64,000 bases of DNA. Origin: Bacteroidales bacterium (GTDB lineage Bacteria > Bacteroidota > Bacteroidia > Bacteroidales > UBA3824). This document shows positions 51,685 to 60,044 of this stretch, piece after piece. The translations under genes and the position numbers were made by a program. The stretch covers positions 142,084 to 206,083 of the forward strand of contig JAEDDH010000004.1 in NCBI GenBank assembly GCA_016293845.1, given 5' to 3'. Each line of letters begins with the position of its first letter. Position 1 is the stretch's first letter. The notes under the pieces were generated by a model. It worked only from the letters and a program-made list of their open reading frames with translations. It made no database searches and was not told the origin of the DNA.

Positions 51685-53274
51685 ATGGGAATTTACGTAA
51701 ATCCGGGCAACGAACTTATGCAAGACGCTCTCAATTCAATGATTTATGTTGATAAATCATTAATAGTAAGAGAGTTGAATAAGATGATTGGTACACGTCA
51801 AAAGTATGTCTGCGTGTCGCGTCCGAGGCGTTTCGGCAAATCGATGGCTAAGGCATTACTTATGGCTTACTATTCCCGAGGCTGTAAGTCGCACCGTCAA
51901 TTCAAGAACTTGAAAATAGCCCAGGAACCGAGTTATAGAAAATATCTCAACAAATTGAATGTCATTGCGATAGATTGCGTTGACTTTTCATCGAACCTGT
52001 TTAAAACAAGCAAGGATAGTTTTGTAAACAGGATGACTGAAAAGATTAAGAGGGAATTTGTTGAAGAATTTTCTGATGTTGATTTCTCTGATTGTCAAAG
52101 TATTGCTGATTGCATCAAAATCGTTTATAAAAAAACAGGTGTAAAGTTTGTAATACTCATTGATGAATACGATTTGCCGATACGCATCGAACAGCCTGAA
52201 TCTCTTTTTAAAGAGTATCTTAATTTGTTGCTTTCATTGTTCAAAAGCGAGGCTACAAGTCAGGCGACGGCTCTTGCCTACATTACTGGTATATTGCCGA
52301 TTGTTCGCGATAGGGTAGAGAGCAAACTTAACAATTTTAGGGAATATACATTTCTCGAACCGGCTAATTTTGCCGAGTTTACAGGGTTTACAGAACAAGA
52401 GGTGCAGGGACTTTGCGACAAATACAATGTCAATTATCAGGAATGTCTCAATTGGTACGACGGTTACGATGTAGAAGGCATTAACATTTGCAATCCTCAC
52501 GCAATAGTCGAGAGTATTACATATAAAAAGTTAAAGCCATTTTGGTCTAATACAGGTACTTACGAAACCATTGCGCCATACATAAAAGGCAACTATCAAG
52601 GCATCAAAGACGACCTGATTAAAATGCTTTCAGGCGGCAGTGTTCCGGTTAACATAACTTCATTTGCCAACACGCTTTCCGACATAACTTCTAAGGACAA
52701 ATTGTTTACGTACCTGATGCACACGGGTTTTCTCGCCTACAATCTCGATGAAAAAACCTGTCGTATGCCAAACCTCGAAACTCAGGACATTTGGGGCAAC
52801 GCTTTGGAAAATACCGAGTCGTTCAAAGTTTTGGGCGAGTTCATCAAAAACTCGGAACGTCTTCTCAAAGCCACACTTGCAAAAGATGGCGAAACTGTTG
52901 CAAATGCCTTGGAAGTGCTTCACGGCGAGGTAACGTCGCATTTGAGTTACAACCACGAACAATCGTTGCAGTCGGCGATTGACATTGCGTATATGCACGC
53001 AAAGACATATTATCGGATTTTCAACGAAGTTCCGACGGGCAACGGCGTTGCAGACGTGGTTTTGGTGCCGCTGTATCCCAATTGGCCCGCAATAATCATC
53101 GAACTAAAACGCAACTCGTCCACCGAGTCCGCCCTCAACCAAATCAGCGAAAAGAAATATTCTGCGCGGCTCAACGATTATAACGGACGCCTACTTTTCG
53201 TCGGAATTAACTACGATGAAAAGAAAAAGCACACTTGCGAGATAGTGGAGGTGGAAAAGAATGGTGGCTGTTAG
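51685..53274 (+). CDS. AAA-ATPase_like + PD-(D/E)XK (DUF1703-type) protein
   Basis: IYVDKSLIVRELNK...VCVSRPRRFGKSMA is the hallmark N-terminus of the predicted AAA-ATPase family common in Bacteroides. The C-terminal ADVVLVP...IIIELKRN has a D...ExK nuclease-like motif. Confidence 0.8.
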   Translation: MGIYVNPGNELMQDALNSMIYVDKSLIVRELNKMIGTRQKYVCVSRPRRFGKSMAKALLMAYYSRGCKSHRQFKNLKIAQEPSYRKYLNKLNVIAIDCVDFSSNLFKTSKDSFVNRMTEKIKREFVEEFSDVDFSDCQSIADCIKIVYKKTGVKFVILIDEYDLPIRIEQPESLFKEYLNLLLSLFKSEATSQATALAYITGILPIVRDRVESKLNNFREYTFLEPANFAEFTGFTEQEVQGLCDKYNVNYQECLNWYDGYDVEGINICNPHAIVESITYKKLKPFWSNTGTYETIAPYIKGNYQGIKDDLIKMLSGGSVPVNITSFANTLSDITSKDKLFTYLMHTGFLAYNLDEKTCRMPNLETQDIWGNALENTESFKVLGEFIKNSERLLKATLAKDGETVANALEVLHGEVTSHLSYNHEQSLQSAIDIAYMHAKTYYRIFNEVPTGNGVADVVLVPLYPNWPAIIIELKRNSSTESALNQISEKKYSARLNDYNGRLLFVGINYDEKKKHTCEIVEVEKNGGC

Positions 53275-53347
53275 TAATAAGTAGATTGATGTTTGAGTCA
53301 AAATGTTGACGAAACAATACTTTTGGCAACCTTTTGGTTTGTTACAA

Positions 53348-54679
53348 TCATATTTTTAATAAATTAGAATTGCTTTGTTTGAATATGTCGTTTATTTGTG
53401 CATTACTAAATCCAGTCAATGATAAAACACAGCAAATTAGTAAAATTCTTAATTTGTTAGTAAGGTGGTATAGTTCATAACCCACTAAAACAATTTCACT
53501 ACTCTTTGGTGCATAAAAATGGGAGTAATAGTCCCTTGAATTAACGCAGGCTCGAATACATATATTAGCATTTTGGATTATTTCAATATTTGAAAATTCA
53601 AACAGTAGTTCGCCTATTTTATCTTTTAACGCTACTCTATTCTTGGCGTTCAAATTATTATTACGCTTATATGTATCTTCTCTAAATCGGCTCCAAAAGC
53701 CATCAAGTGCTTGAATAACAATTAAAAAATCAACGCTACTAAATGAACGTTTTCGTTCCAAACTATCAATTAAGTGTGTTCTAATTGGAGTAATTTCTTT
53801 TGGAGCGTTGTACCATTCTTTTAGAATCTGGGAATAGTAATTTTGTATAGTAGAGTAACTGTACAAAAAGTCAATAGAATTTATTTCTTTTGCCTTTATC
53901 TCTTTGAAATTTCTGCGAGATTGGACTATGTAAATTGGTTTATAGCGTTTTACATTATCTACATCTTGATATAGATTACTGTCGAACACTTTAATACAAG
54001 AACTTTTTACAATATTTGATGTTGCAACAGAAAGAAATTGTTCAAACATTAAAATATCTGATAACAATTCGCTAATTGAACAAGGCGAATTTTTCGAAAT
54101 ATCAATGGATACAAATTGCTTTATGTTGATTTCTTTTTGGCTTTTAGAGTACGAAATTTCTTGTAAAAGAGAAATGCTTGTTGTATCATTTATTGCAGTC
54201 TTGTTCAAAAGACATTTTTCTTTGCCGTTGGTTTGAAATGAAATATTAGTATTTTCATTTCCTGTTGAAAAAGATATTGCATTGTTAGGGCACCAATCGG
54301 ACAATTCAGGTATGATAGCATTAGCCCAATAGTTACACTTTTCGTCTAATCCCTTAATATGCTTACCAATAATCATATATTTGCAGATGTATTCTACAAT
54401 AGCAAAACCCGCTGTCCAATTGAAATTTGCTTTTTTAAAGACCTGTAATAATGTTATATCTTTTGAGTCAGAAGTGCGACCATATATAACAATGTCGTTT
54501 GTCTTTTTATCAAAAAACTGTTCCAATGGATGTCCAAAACTTCCGATGAGTTTTAACACAATTTTATCTTCTGGATAATATGTAAGTATTCCAGCAACAA
54601 GATTATCAGGCTGTTCTGGCAAGTACCAATAACCTTCGAATACTAATTGAGAACTCAAATTCAAAGCATCCATAATCAA
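53348..54679 (-). CDS. ApeA-like protein: ApeA_NTD1-like N-terminus and C-terminal HEPN (R-x4-H) motif
   Basis: The N-terminus FEGYWYLPEQPDNLVAGILTYYPEDKIVLKLIGSFG fits the ApeA N-terminal pattern (G.WWLP.....V.G.L......I.LEL.G.F). The C-terminal part has NSRDYYSH (R-x4-H). The gene is conspicuously AT-rich compared with its flanks. Family assignment is from memory. Confidence 0.5.
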   Translation of the reverse strand: MIMDALNLSSQLVFEGYWYLPEQPDNLVAGILTYYPEDKIVLKLIGSFGHPLEQFFDKKTNDIVIYGRTSDSKDITLLQVFKKANFNWTAGFAIVEYICKYMIIGKHIKGLDEKCNYWANAIIPELSDWCPNNAISFSTGNENTNISFQTNGKEKCLLNKTAINDTTSISLLQEISYSKSQKEINIKQFVSIDISKNSPCSISELLSDILMFEQFLSVATSNIVKSSCIKVFDSNLYQDVDNVKRYKPIYIVQSRRNFKEIKAKEINSIDFLYSYSTIQNYYSQILKEWYNAPKEITPIRTHLIDSLERKRSFSSVDFLIVIQALDGFWSRFREDTYKRNNNLNAKNRVALKDKIGELLFEFSNIEIIQNANICIRACVNSRDYYSHFYAPKSSEIVLVGYELYHLTNKLRILLICCVLSLTGFSNAQINDIFKQSNSNLLKI

Positions 54680-54923
54680 ATATTAAATTTTAATAAAAAA
54701 CACAAAGGTACAAATAATACGAGAGACATGCAAGTATTAATGATAATAATCCTGCATGGTCTCATATATAAAGATTACAAATTGTCATCAAATTTCATCC
54801 AATGTTCCGTTTATCTCGATACCTTGAATTTGGAATGCACTTATCCTTCTTGTGAAAATGCTGAAAACGGAATCAGAATAAACAAGCATAGGATTCATAT
54901 TAATTTCATTATATTTGTAAGTT

Positions 54924-55511
54924 TTAGAAGTTATCTCTAATATTATTTTCTTGATTAGATGCTGTTTTGACATTTTCATAAAGGTCTTTCAGACCCTCAG
55001 AGAATCGACTTTTTGCTGATTTCTTTTTGATACCCTTCAACTCTCTATCCAAATATCCGACCTCATGTTCTATTCGCAGTTTAATAACATTACCGTTGAT
55101 TATCTGTTGGATTTGGTCTTCGGTTATGTTGTAACTTGGATAAACATAGTAATTTGTTCCATATTTTGTTACCTTATACTCATAGTCGGCAGGTCCTATT
55201 TCTTTTGCGTTTTCAAGTTCGATTATTGTACCATCATCAAATTTAAGCAATAACTTACGACCGATGCCAAATTGAAGTTTCGTTTCATTTAGACACAATT
55301 CTAACTGCCAAAGATATAGATTGTTCTTGGTGATTGCGTATCCAACTGAAAAAGATGCGGCAGAAGACCATTCTGTGTAAAGATTTTTCCAATACGAGAG
55401 CACAATTCGTGTGCTGTCTTCAACAGAATACTTATCAATCCTAACATTTTGGGAGTAACCAAAAATTGGAAAGAGTAGTACACAAAAAACAATTGTCAGT
55501 ATTTTTTTCAT
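54924..55511 (-). CDS. Exported hypothetical protein (~195 aa)
   Basis: Signal peptide MKKILTIVFCVLLFPIFGYSQ from ATG 55511. The ORF finder extends it to TTG 55541. I recognise no domain. Confidence 0.55.
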   Translation of the reverse strand: MKKILTIVFCVLLFPIFGYSQNVRIDKYSVEDSTRIVLSYWKNLYTEWSSAASFSVGYAITKNNLYLWQLELCLNETKLQFGIGRKLLLKFDDGTIIELENAKEIGPADYEYKVTKYGTNYYVYPSYNITEDQIQQIINGNVIKLRIEHEVGYLDRELKGIKKKSAKSRFSEGLKDLYENVKTASNQENNIRDNF

Positions 55512-55585
55512 TTTATTTCTATTTTTCCGCGAACTTCCCAAACACGGTGTTTATTTTTCTAATTAACTACAAGACCTATATAAAC

Positions 55586-55870
55586 AAAAAACGTGGGATT
55601 TTTACAGTCGCTCGTTCCACTTGTTGAGGCTCTTGCATTGCCCATCCTGTCAGAAACGAGCAACACTCAAAGCCCACGCATTATGTATATACAACAAACC
55701 CCAAGAGTTTGAGATGATACATATTCGAGGGCATTACCGTGTTGCTTTGTACTTGACAGGATTTGGAATTTGCAAGATTTCAACAAGTCAAAAACAAAGC
55801 GTAAGTAACGCCTTTATTTTATAAGTCTGTTCTCATCCTACTTCTGCCCGAAGGCTTTTTGGATTTTAAA
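55586..55870 (-). ncRNA. Unclassified ~285-nt structured RNA or leader, copy A
   Basis: On the minus strand the order is a -7 box, ~285 nt with no conserved ORF, then a T6 run. It aligns end to end with 62251..62534, with compensatory substitutions in several helices (see findings). Confidence 0.55.
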
Positions 55871-55875
55871 CACAG

Positions 55876-55883
55876 CAAATATA
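55876..55883 (-). promoter_or_regulatory. -7 box TATATTTG driving RNA copy A
   Basis: The reverse complement of CAAATATA at 55876-55883 is an exact TAnnTTTG match. It sits at the same distance from the conserved RNA blocks as the box of copy B. Confidence 0.5.
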
Positions 55884-55927
55884 CATCATTTTTCAACACA
55901 ACGTATTTCATTTTCTCTTTTTTTATC

Positions 55928-55935
55928 TATATTTG
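55928..55935 (+). promoter_or_regulatory. Bacteroidota -7 promoter box (TATATTTG)
   Basis: Lies 20 nt upstream of ATG 55956. Confidence 0.4.
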
Positions 55936-55955
55936 CAAAAAATCTTTTAGAAAGT

Positions 55956-57524
55956 ATGAAAGAATTCAACACCACAGGCATTTGCTACCCCGATGAGCAT
56001 TATATGGTGGACATCAGCACCCGACTCGCCGACATAGAACGGAGAGTTGCCAAAGGAGAGTACATCACCATCAACCGCGGTCGTCAGTATGGAAAAACTA
56101 CTACTTTGTTTCATCTGGCCAAAAAGTTGATGGAGAAATACGTGGTGTTTTCTATTAGTTTTGAAGATTACAACCAAAAGGATTTCAATTCAATAGAATC
56201 TATTGCGTTTACTTTGTTGGAAACATTGCAGACGGCTATTGACGACTTGCCTGAACTTAATGTTGATCAATCTGTCAAAGACTTGATTGTAGACACATTA
56301 ACCGCCAATCAAGAGAAAAGGGAAATTATAAAAAGCGTTTTTGCAAAACTTTTAACCGATATCTGCCGAAATTCTTCAAAACCTATCGTCCTGATAATCG
56401 ACGAAGTGGACAATGCAAGCAACTACGAATCGTTTATCGAATTGCTAAGGATGTTGCGAAGCAAGTATCTTAAACGTGCCACAGTTCCAACATTCCAATC
56501 GGTAATTCTCGCTGGTGTGTACGACATTAAGAATCTCAAACTCAAAGTTCGCCCCGACAGCGACCACCAATACAATTCGCCGTGGAATATCGCCGTGGCG
56601 TTCACTTCCGATATGTCGCTACTATCTGAGGGTATCAACCAAATGCTGCAAGAATACGAAAACGACCACCACACAGGGATGGACATTTCGGAAATAACTC
56701 AATTAATCACCGACTACACTTCGGGCTATCCATTTTTCGTATCAAGGGTATGCCAACTTATTGACGAACAGAATCTTTCGTGGAGCAAAGAGGGTGTTAT
56801 CAATGCAGTAAAACTATTGCTAAGAGAAAAAAACACATTCTTCGATGATTTGCTGAAAAAATTAGACGACTATGTAGAAATCAACAAATTACTGAAAGAT
56901 ATTTTGCTTTATGGCAATTCGGTTTCGTTCAATATCGACAACAAGTTTCTCAACCTTGCGGCTATGTTCAATTATATAAAGGAAGAAAACGGTAAAGTTA
57001 AGATTTTTAACCGAATAATTGAAACGCGCCTTTACAACAAGTTTATGAGCGATGAGGAAATTACAAATACCTTATACAAACAGGGAGATATCGACCGCAG
57101 CCAATTTATTGAAGGCAAATCTCTCAAAATGGACAAAATTCTCGAAAAATTCGCAGTTCATTTCAACGATATTTACGGAAACAACGAACTGACTTTCAAG
57201 GAGGAAGAAGGACGGCGTTTCTTTATGCTCTACATCCGTCCGATAATCAACGGCGTGGGCAACTATTACATCGAGGCACAAACCCGCGACCGCTCTCGCA
57301 CCGATATGATTATCGACTATTACGGTCAACAATTCATCATTGAGATGAAGATATGGCGCGGCGACTCTTACAACGAACGCGGCGAAAAGCAACTATTTGA
57401 ATACCTCGACTTTTACCACACCAACAAGGGCTATCTTCTGAGTTTCTGTTTCAACAAAAAATCCAAACCCAAGGCTAAGGCTATTACGCTGGGAGATAAG
57501 GAGATTGTTGAAGTGGTGGTGTAA
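55956..57524 (+). CDS. P-loop ATPase + C-terminal PD-(D/E)XK-like nuclease domain protein
   Basis: Walker A is INRGRQYGKTTTL and Walker B is LIIDEVDN. The C-terminal TDMIIDYYGQQFIIEMKIWRG has a D...ExK motif. The architecture is analogous to 51685..53274, but the sequence is clearly different. Confidence 0.7.
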   Translation: MKEFNTTGICYPDEHYMVDISTRLADIERRVAKGEYITINRGRQYGKTTTLFHLAKKLMEKYVVFSISFEDYNQKDFNSIESIAFTLLETLQTAIDDLPELNVDQSVKDLIVDTLTANQEKREIIKSVFAKLLTDICRNSSKPIVLIIDEVDNASNYESFIELLRMLRSKYLKRATVPTFQSVILAGVYDIKNLKLKVRPDSDHQYNSPWNIAVAFTSDMSLLSEGINQMLQEYENDHHTGMDISEITQLITDYTSGYPFFVSRVCQLIDEQNLSWSKEGVINAVKLLLREKNTFFDDLLKKLDDYVEINKLLKDILLYGNSVSFNIDNKFLNLAAMFNYIKEENGKVKIFNRIIETRLYNKFMSDEEITNTLYKQGDIDRSQFIEGKSLKMDKILEKFAVHFNDIYGNNELTFKEEEGRRFFMLYIRPIINGVGNYYIEAQTRDRSRTDMIIDYYGQQFIIEMKIWRGDSYNERGEKQLFEYLDFYHTNKGYLLSFCFNKKSKPKAKAITLGDKEIVEVVV

Positions 57525-57531
57525 CCCTTCA

Positions 57532-58287
57532 CTAATACTCAAAATTACCTCCTGCGTCGTATCCGTCGGTACCGTCGGGGTTGATATTCAATGGTTTGGT
57601 GGTAACGGTGTGGTTGTAACGGTCGGTGATGCGGAATGTGAGCGGATGGTCGTATTTACCAAACGGACATTGCAGTTCCCAAAAGGCGTTGTATTTATAA
57701 GGTGTCATCTCGTAAAACTTCTTGCCGTCGTCGGATACCTCCAACTTCTTTATGCCGTAGCGTCCGTTGAACACAAAAACGCCAAGAAACCAAGCATTTG
57801 AACCAGCTTTTACACGGATTTCGATATTCTTGTCGGTGTAATATGGAGTTTCGCGCCATTTTACGTTAACCTTGCCGAGTTTTTTGTCGCCGGTGAGATA
57901 CTCAAAGCCTTCGGGAGTGTTGTCAAACCACGAATTGTCGCCGTCGGGACAAATATCCTTGCCCACCACGCGGATAGTCTTGTCGCCATATTTGATTTCG
58001 TAAGCCGAACCGAGAATATAGTCGGGAAAGAAATATACGCCCACAGCCACGTTGTAATAGCCTTTTTCCATTTTTGGGAGGGGATATGGATAACTGTCGT
58101 TGTTGGCCGGTTGGTCGTAATATGTAATGTAGCCGACTTTCCAGTCGGTAACCTTGCCGCCAGTTTCAGGGTCGGTTACGGTTTCTTCTTGATTATCTTC
58201 GGGAGTGCTGTCGTCTTTGCTGCACGATGAGAATGTTGCCAAAAGCGCGCACAAAACAAGGTTGATAAATAAATGTTTTTTCTTCAT
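57532..58287 (-). CDS. Expansin-like lipoprotein (EXLX1/YoaJ-type DPBB + CBM63-like domains)
   Basis: Lipobox LLATFSSCSKDD. GKVNVKWRETPYYTDKNIEIRVKAGSNAWFLGVFVFNGRYGIKKLEVSDDGKKFYEMTPYKYNAFWE aligns well with my memory of B. subtilis EXLX1 (GKINIKWRVV...YRIKEGSSRWWAAIQVRNHKYPVMKMEYEKDGKWINMEKMDYNHF). Start set to ATG 58287. Confidence 0.72.
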   Translation of the reverse strand: MKKKHLFINLVLCALLATFSSCSKDDSTPEDNQEETVTDPETGGKVTDWKVGYITYYDQPANNDSYPYPLPKMEKGYYNVAVGVYFFPDYILGSAYEIKYGDKTIRVVGKDICPDGDNSWFDNTPEGFEYLTGDKKLGKVNVKWRETPYYTDKNIEIRVKAGSNAWFLGVFVFNGRYGIKKLEVSDDGKKFYEMTPYKYNAFWELQCPFGKYDHPLTFRITDRYNHTVTTKPLNINPDGTDGYDAGGNFEY

Positions 58288-58307
58288 AACGTTAGTCAAA
58301 TTTTTAT

Positions 58308-58315
58308 CAAAAGTA
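58308..58315 (-). promoter_or_regulatory. Bacteroidota -7 promoter box (TACTTTTG on the minus strand)
   Basis: The reverse complement of CAAAAGTA, 20 nt upstream of the expansin-like ATG at 58287. Confidence 0.4.
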
Positions 58316-58401
58316 AGGATAATATTTGAAAGAATCAAATAATTTAGTATATTCGCAAAAGAAATATAGGTTTTGATGACAATTGATATCAAATATTTTA
58401 T

Positions 58402-58409
58402 TATATTTG
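58402..58409 (+). promoter_or_regulatory. Bacteroidota -7 promoter box (TATATTTG)
   Basis: Lies 38 nt upstream of the GTG start at 58448. Confidence 0.4.
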
Positions 58410-58447
58410 AAAACAGACAAGATGTCGGTTAGAACTTTTATAAAATA

Positions 58448-60007
58448 GTGATATACAAGGTATTAATAGCAGACGATGACACGCTCAGCCGCACTATTAT
58501 GAAATCGGTGCTGTCTAACGACGACACCACGGTTTACTCTGTGGACGAGTGTTCAAACGGCTTGGAGGCTTGGGCTAAGATACAGTCCGAACCGCCCGAT
58601 CTTGTTTTGCTCGATTGGCAGATGCCCGGAATGTCTGGTCTGGAAGTCACCAAGTTAATCAAAAAACGCTTTAAAACCACTTCTGTAATCATTGTTACTG
58701 GCAAAATCGACAGCAGCGACCTAAGCCTTGCCTTAAACTCTGGCGCAAACGACTATATCAAAAAGCCGATCGACAAGGTGGAGTTTCTTGCCCGAACCAA
58801 GTCGGCGGTAATGCTGCACGATAGTCTCGAAGAACTCGAAATCAAAAACCGTAAAATCCTCAACCAAAACGAGGACCTCAACAAATTGTCGCTAATTGTA
58901 AGACAGACAGCCAATTCGGTAATACTTTTCTCGCCCCACGGCGAAATAGAATGGGTAAACGAAGGATTCCAACACATGTACGGATACACCTTAGACGAGT
59001 TTATCAACAAACGCCGCGGCACCAACATTCTGAAACTCAGCTACAACGAGGACATCAACAAAAAATTCAAAGAACTATTTAGCAAGCAGCAGTCGGTAAA
59101 CTATATCACTCAATGCCGTGTAAAGTACGGCGCAACAAAATGGATTCAAACCACCCTCACACCCATCTTCGACGGTCGCAGAATAGAAAAATTCATTGCC
59201 ATCGAAACCGACATTTCGCAGCAAAAACACGTGGAGTTGGAACTTGAACGGTCGCGAACCGAAATTCTCAAAAAAAACGAAATCATCGAGAAAGAACGCT
59301 CCAAAACCGACAACCTCTTGCTCAACATTCTGCCCGTGTATGTGGTGTCGCAGTTAAAAGACGACGGATTCTCCTCGCCGCGAAACTACAAGATGGCAAC
59401 CATTATGTTCACCGATTTTAAGGGATTTACCAAATCGTGCGAAAACCTCACGTCAGACCAAATTGTGGCGGCACTGCATTTTTTCTTCTCCAAGTTCGAC
59501 GACATCATCTCGTGCCATTACATCGAAAAAATCAAGACCATTGGCGACTCGTATATGTGCGTAGGCGGCATTCCCCTTAGAAACAAAAGTAACCCTATCG
59601 ACGTGATACTCGCGGGGTTAGAAATCAACAACTTTATGGCAAACTACAAGCAGCGTTTTCCCGATATGAACCTTCCCGATTGGCAGTTGCGCATTGGCAT
59701 ACACACCGGAGCACTTATGGCGGGGGTTGTGGGCAAAATCAAATTTGCCTACGACACTTGGGGCGATGCCGTAAACGTGGCTAAACGTATGGAAAGTGCC
59801 GACGAGGTAGGCTGCGTAAACATCTCTGCCGAAACTTACAAATACGTAAAAGATTATTTTGTGTGCCGCTATCGTGGCTCGGTCGACATCAAAAACCACA
59901 AAAACATCGATATGTACTTTGTTGACCGCCTTTTGCCAAAATATTCGCTCGACGAAGAAGGAATTTTTCCTAACGACACCTTTATTGATATACTAAATTC
60001 GATTTAG
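58448..60007 (+). CDS. Response regulator with PAS domain and class III adenylate/guanylate cyclase output
   Basis: REC is VLIADDD...LVLLDWQMPGMSG...DYIKKP. A coiled coil and a PAS-like region follow (SVILFSPHGEIEWVNEGFQHMYGY). The cyclase catalytic motifs are ATIMFTDFKGFT, IKTIGDSYM and YDTWGDAVNVAKRMES. The start codon is GTG. Confidence 0.85.
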   Translation: MIYKVLIADDDTLSRTIMKSVLSNDDTTVYSVDECSNGLEAWAKIQSEPPDLVLLDWQMPGMSGLEVTKLIKKRFKTTSVIIVTGKIDSSDLSLALNSGANDYIKKPIDKVEFLARTKSAVMLHDSLEELEIKNRKILNQNEDLNKLSLIVRQTANSVILFSPHGEIEWVNEGFQHMYGYTLDEFINKRRGTNILKLSYNEDINKKFKELFSKQQSVNYITQCRVKYGATKWIQTTLTPIFDGRRIEKFIAIETDISQQKHVELELERSRTEILKKNEIIEKERSKTDNLLLNILPVYVVSQLKDDGFSSPRNYKMATIMFTDFKGFTKSCENLTSDQIVAALHFFFSKFDDIISCHYIEKIKTIGDSYMCVGGIPLRNKSNPIDVILAGLEINNFMANYKQRFPDMNLPDWQLRIGIHTGALMAGVVGKIKFAYDTWGDAVNVAKRMESADEVGCVNISAETYKYVKDYFVCRYRGSVDIKNHKNIDMYFVDRLLPKYSLDEEGIFPNDTFIDILNSI

Positions 60008-60012
60008 ATTGC

Positions 60013-60020
60013 TAACTTTG
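60013..60020 (+). promoter_or_regulatory. Bacteroidota -7 promoter box (TAACTTTG)
   Basis: Lies 24 nt upstream of ATG 60045. Confidence 0.4.
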
Positions 60021-60044
60021 CAGCCAAATTTAAAACATTAATAG

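Noticed and set aside
55621-55824. 67-aa plus-strand ORF
   Set aside because: It lies entirely inside RNA copy A on the opposite strand. The corresponding frame is not conserved in copy B.
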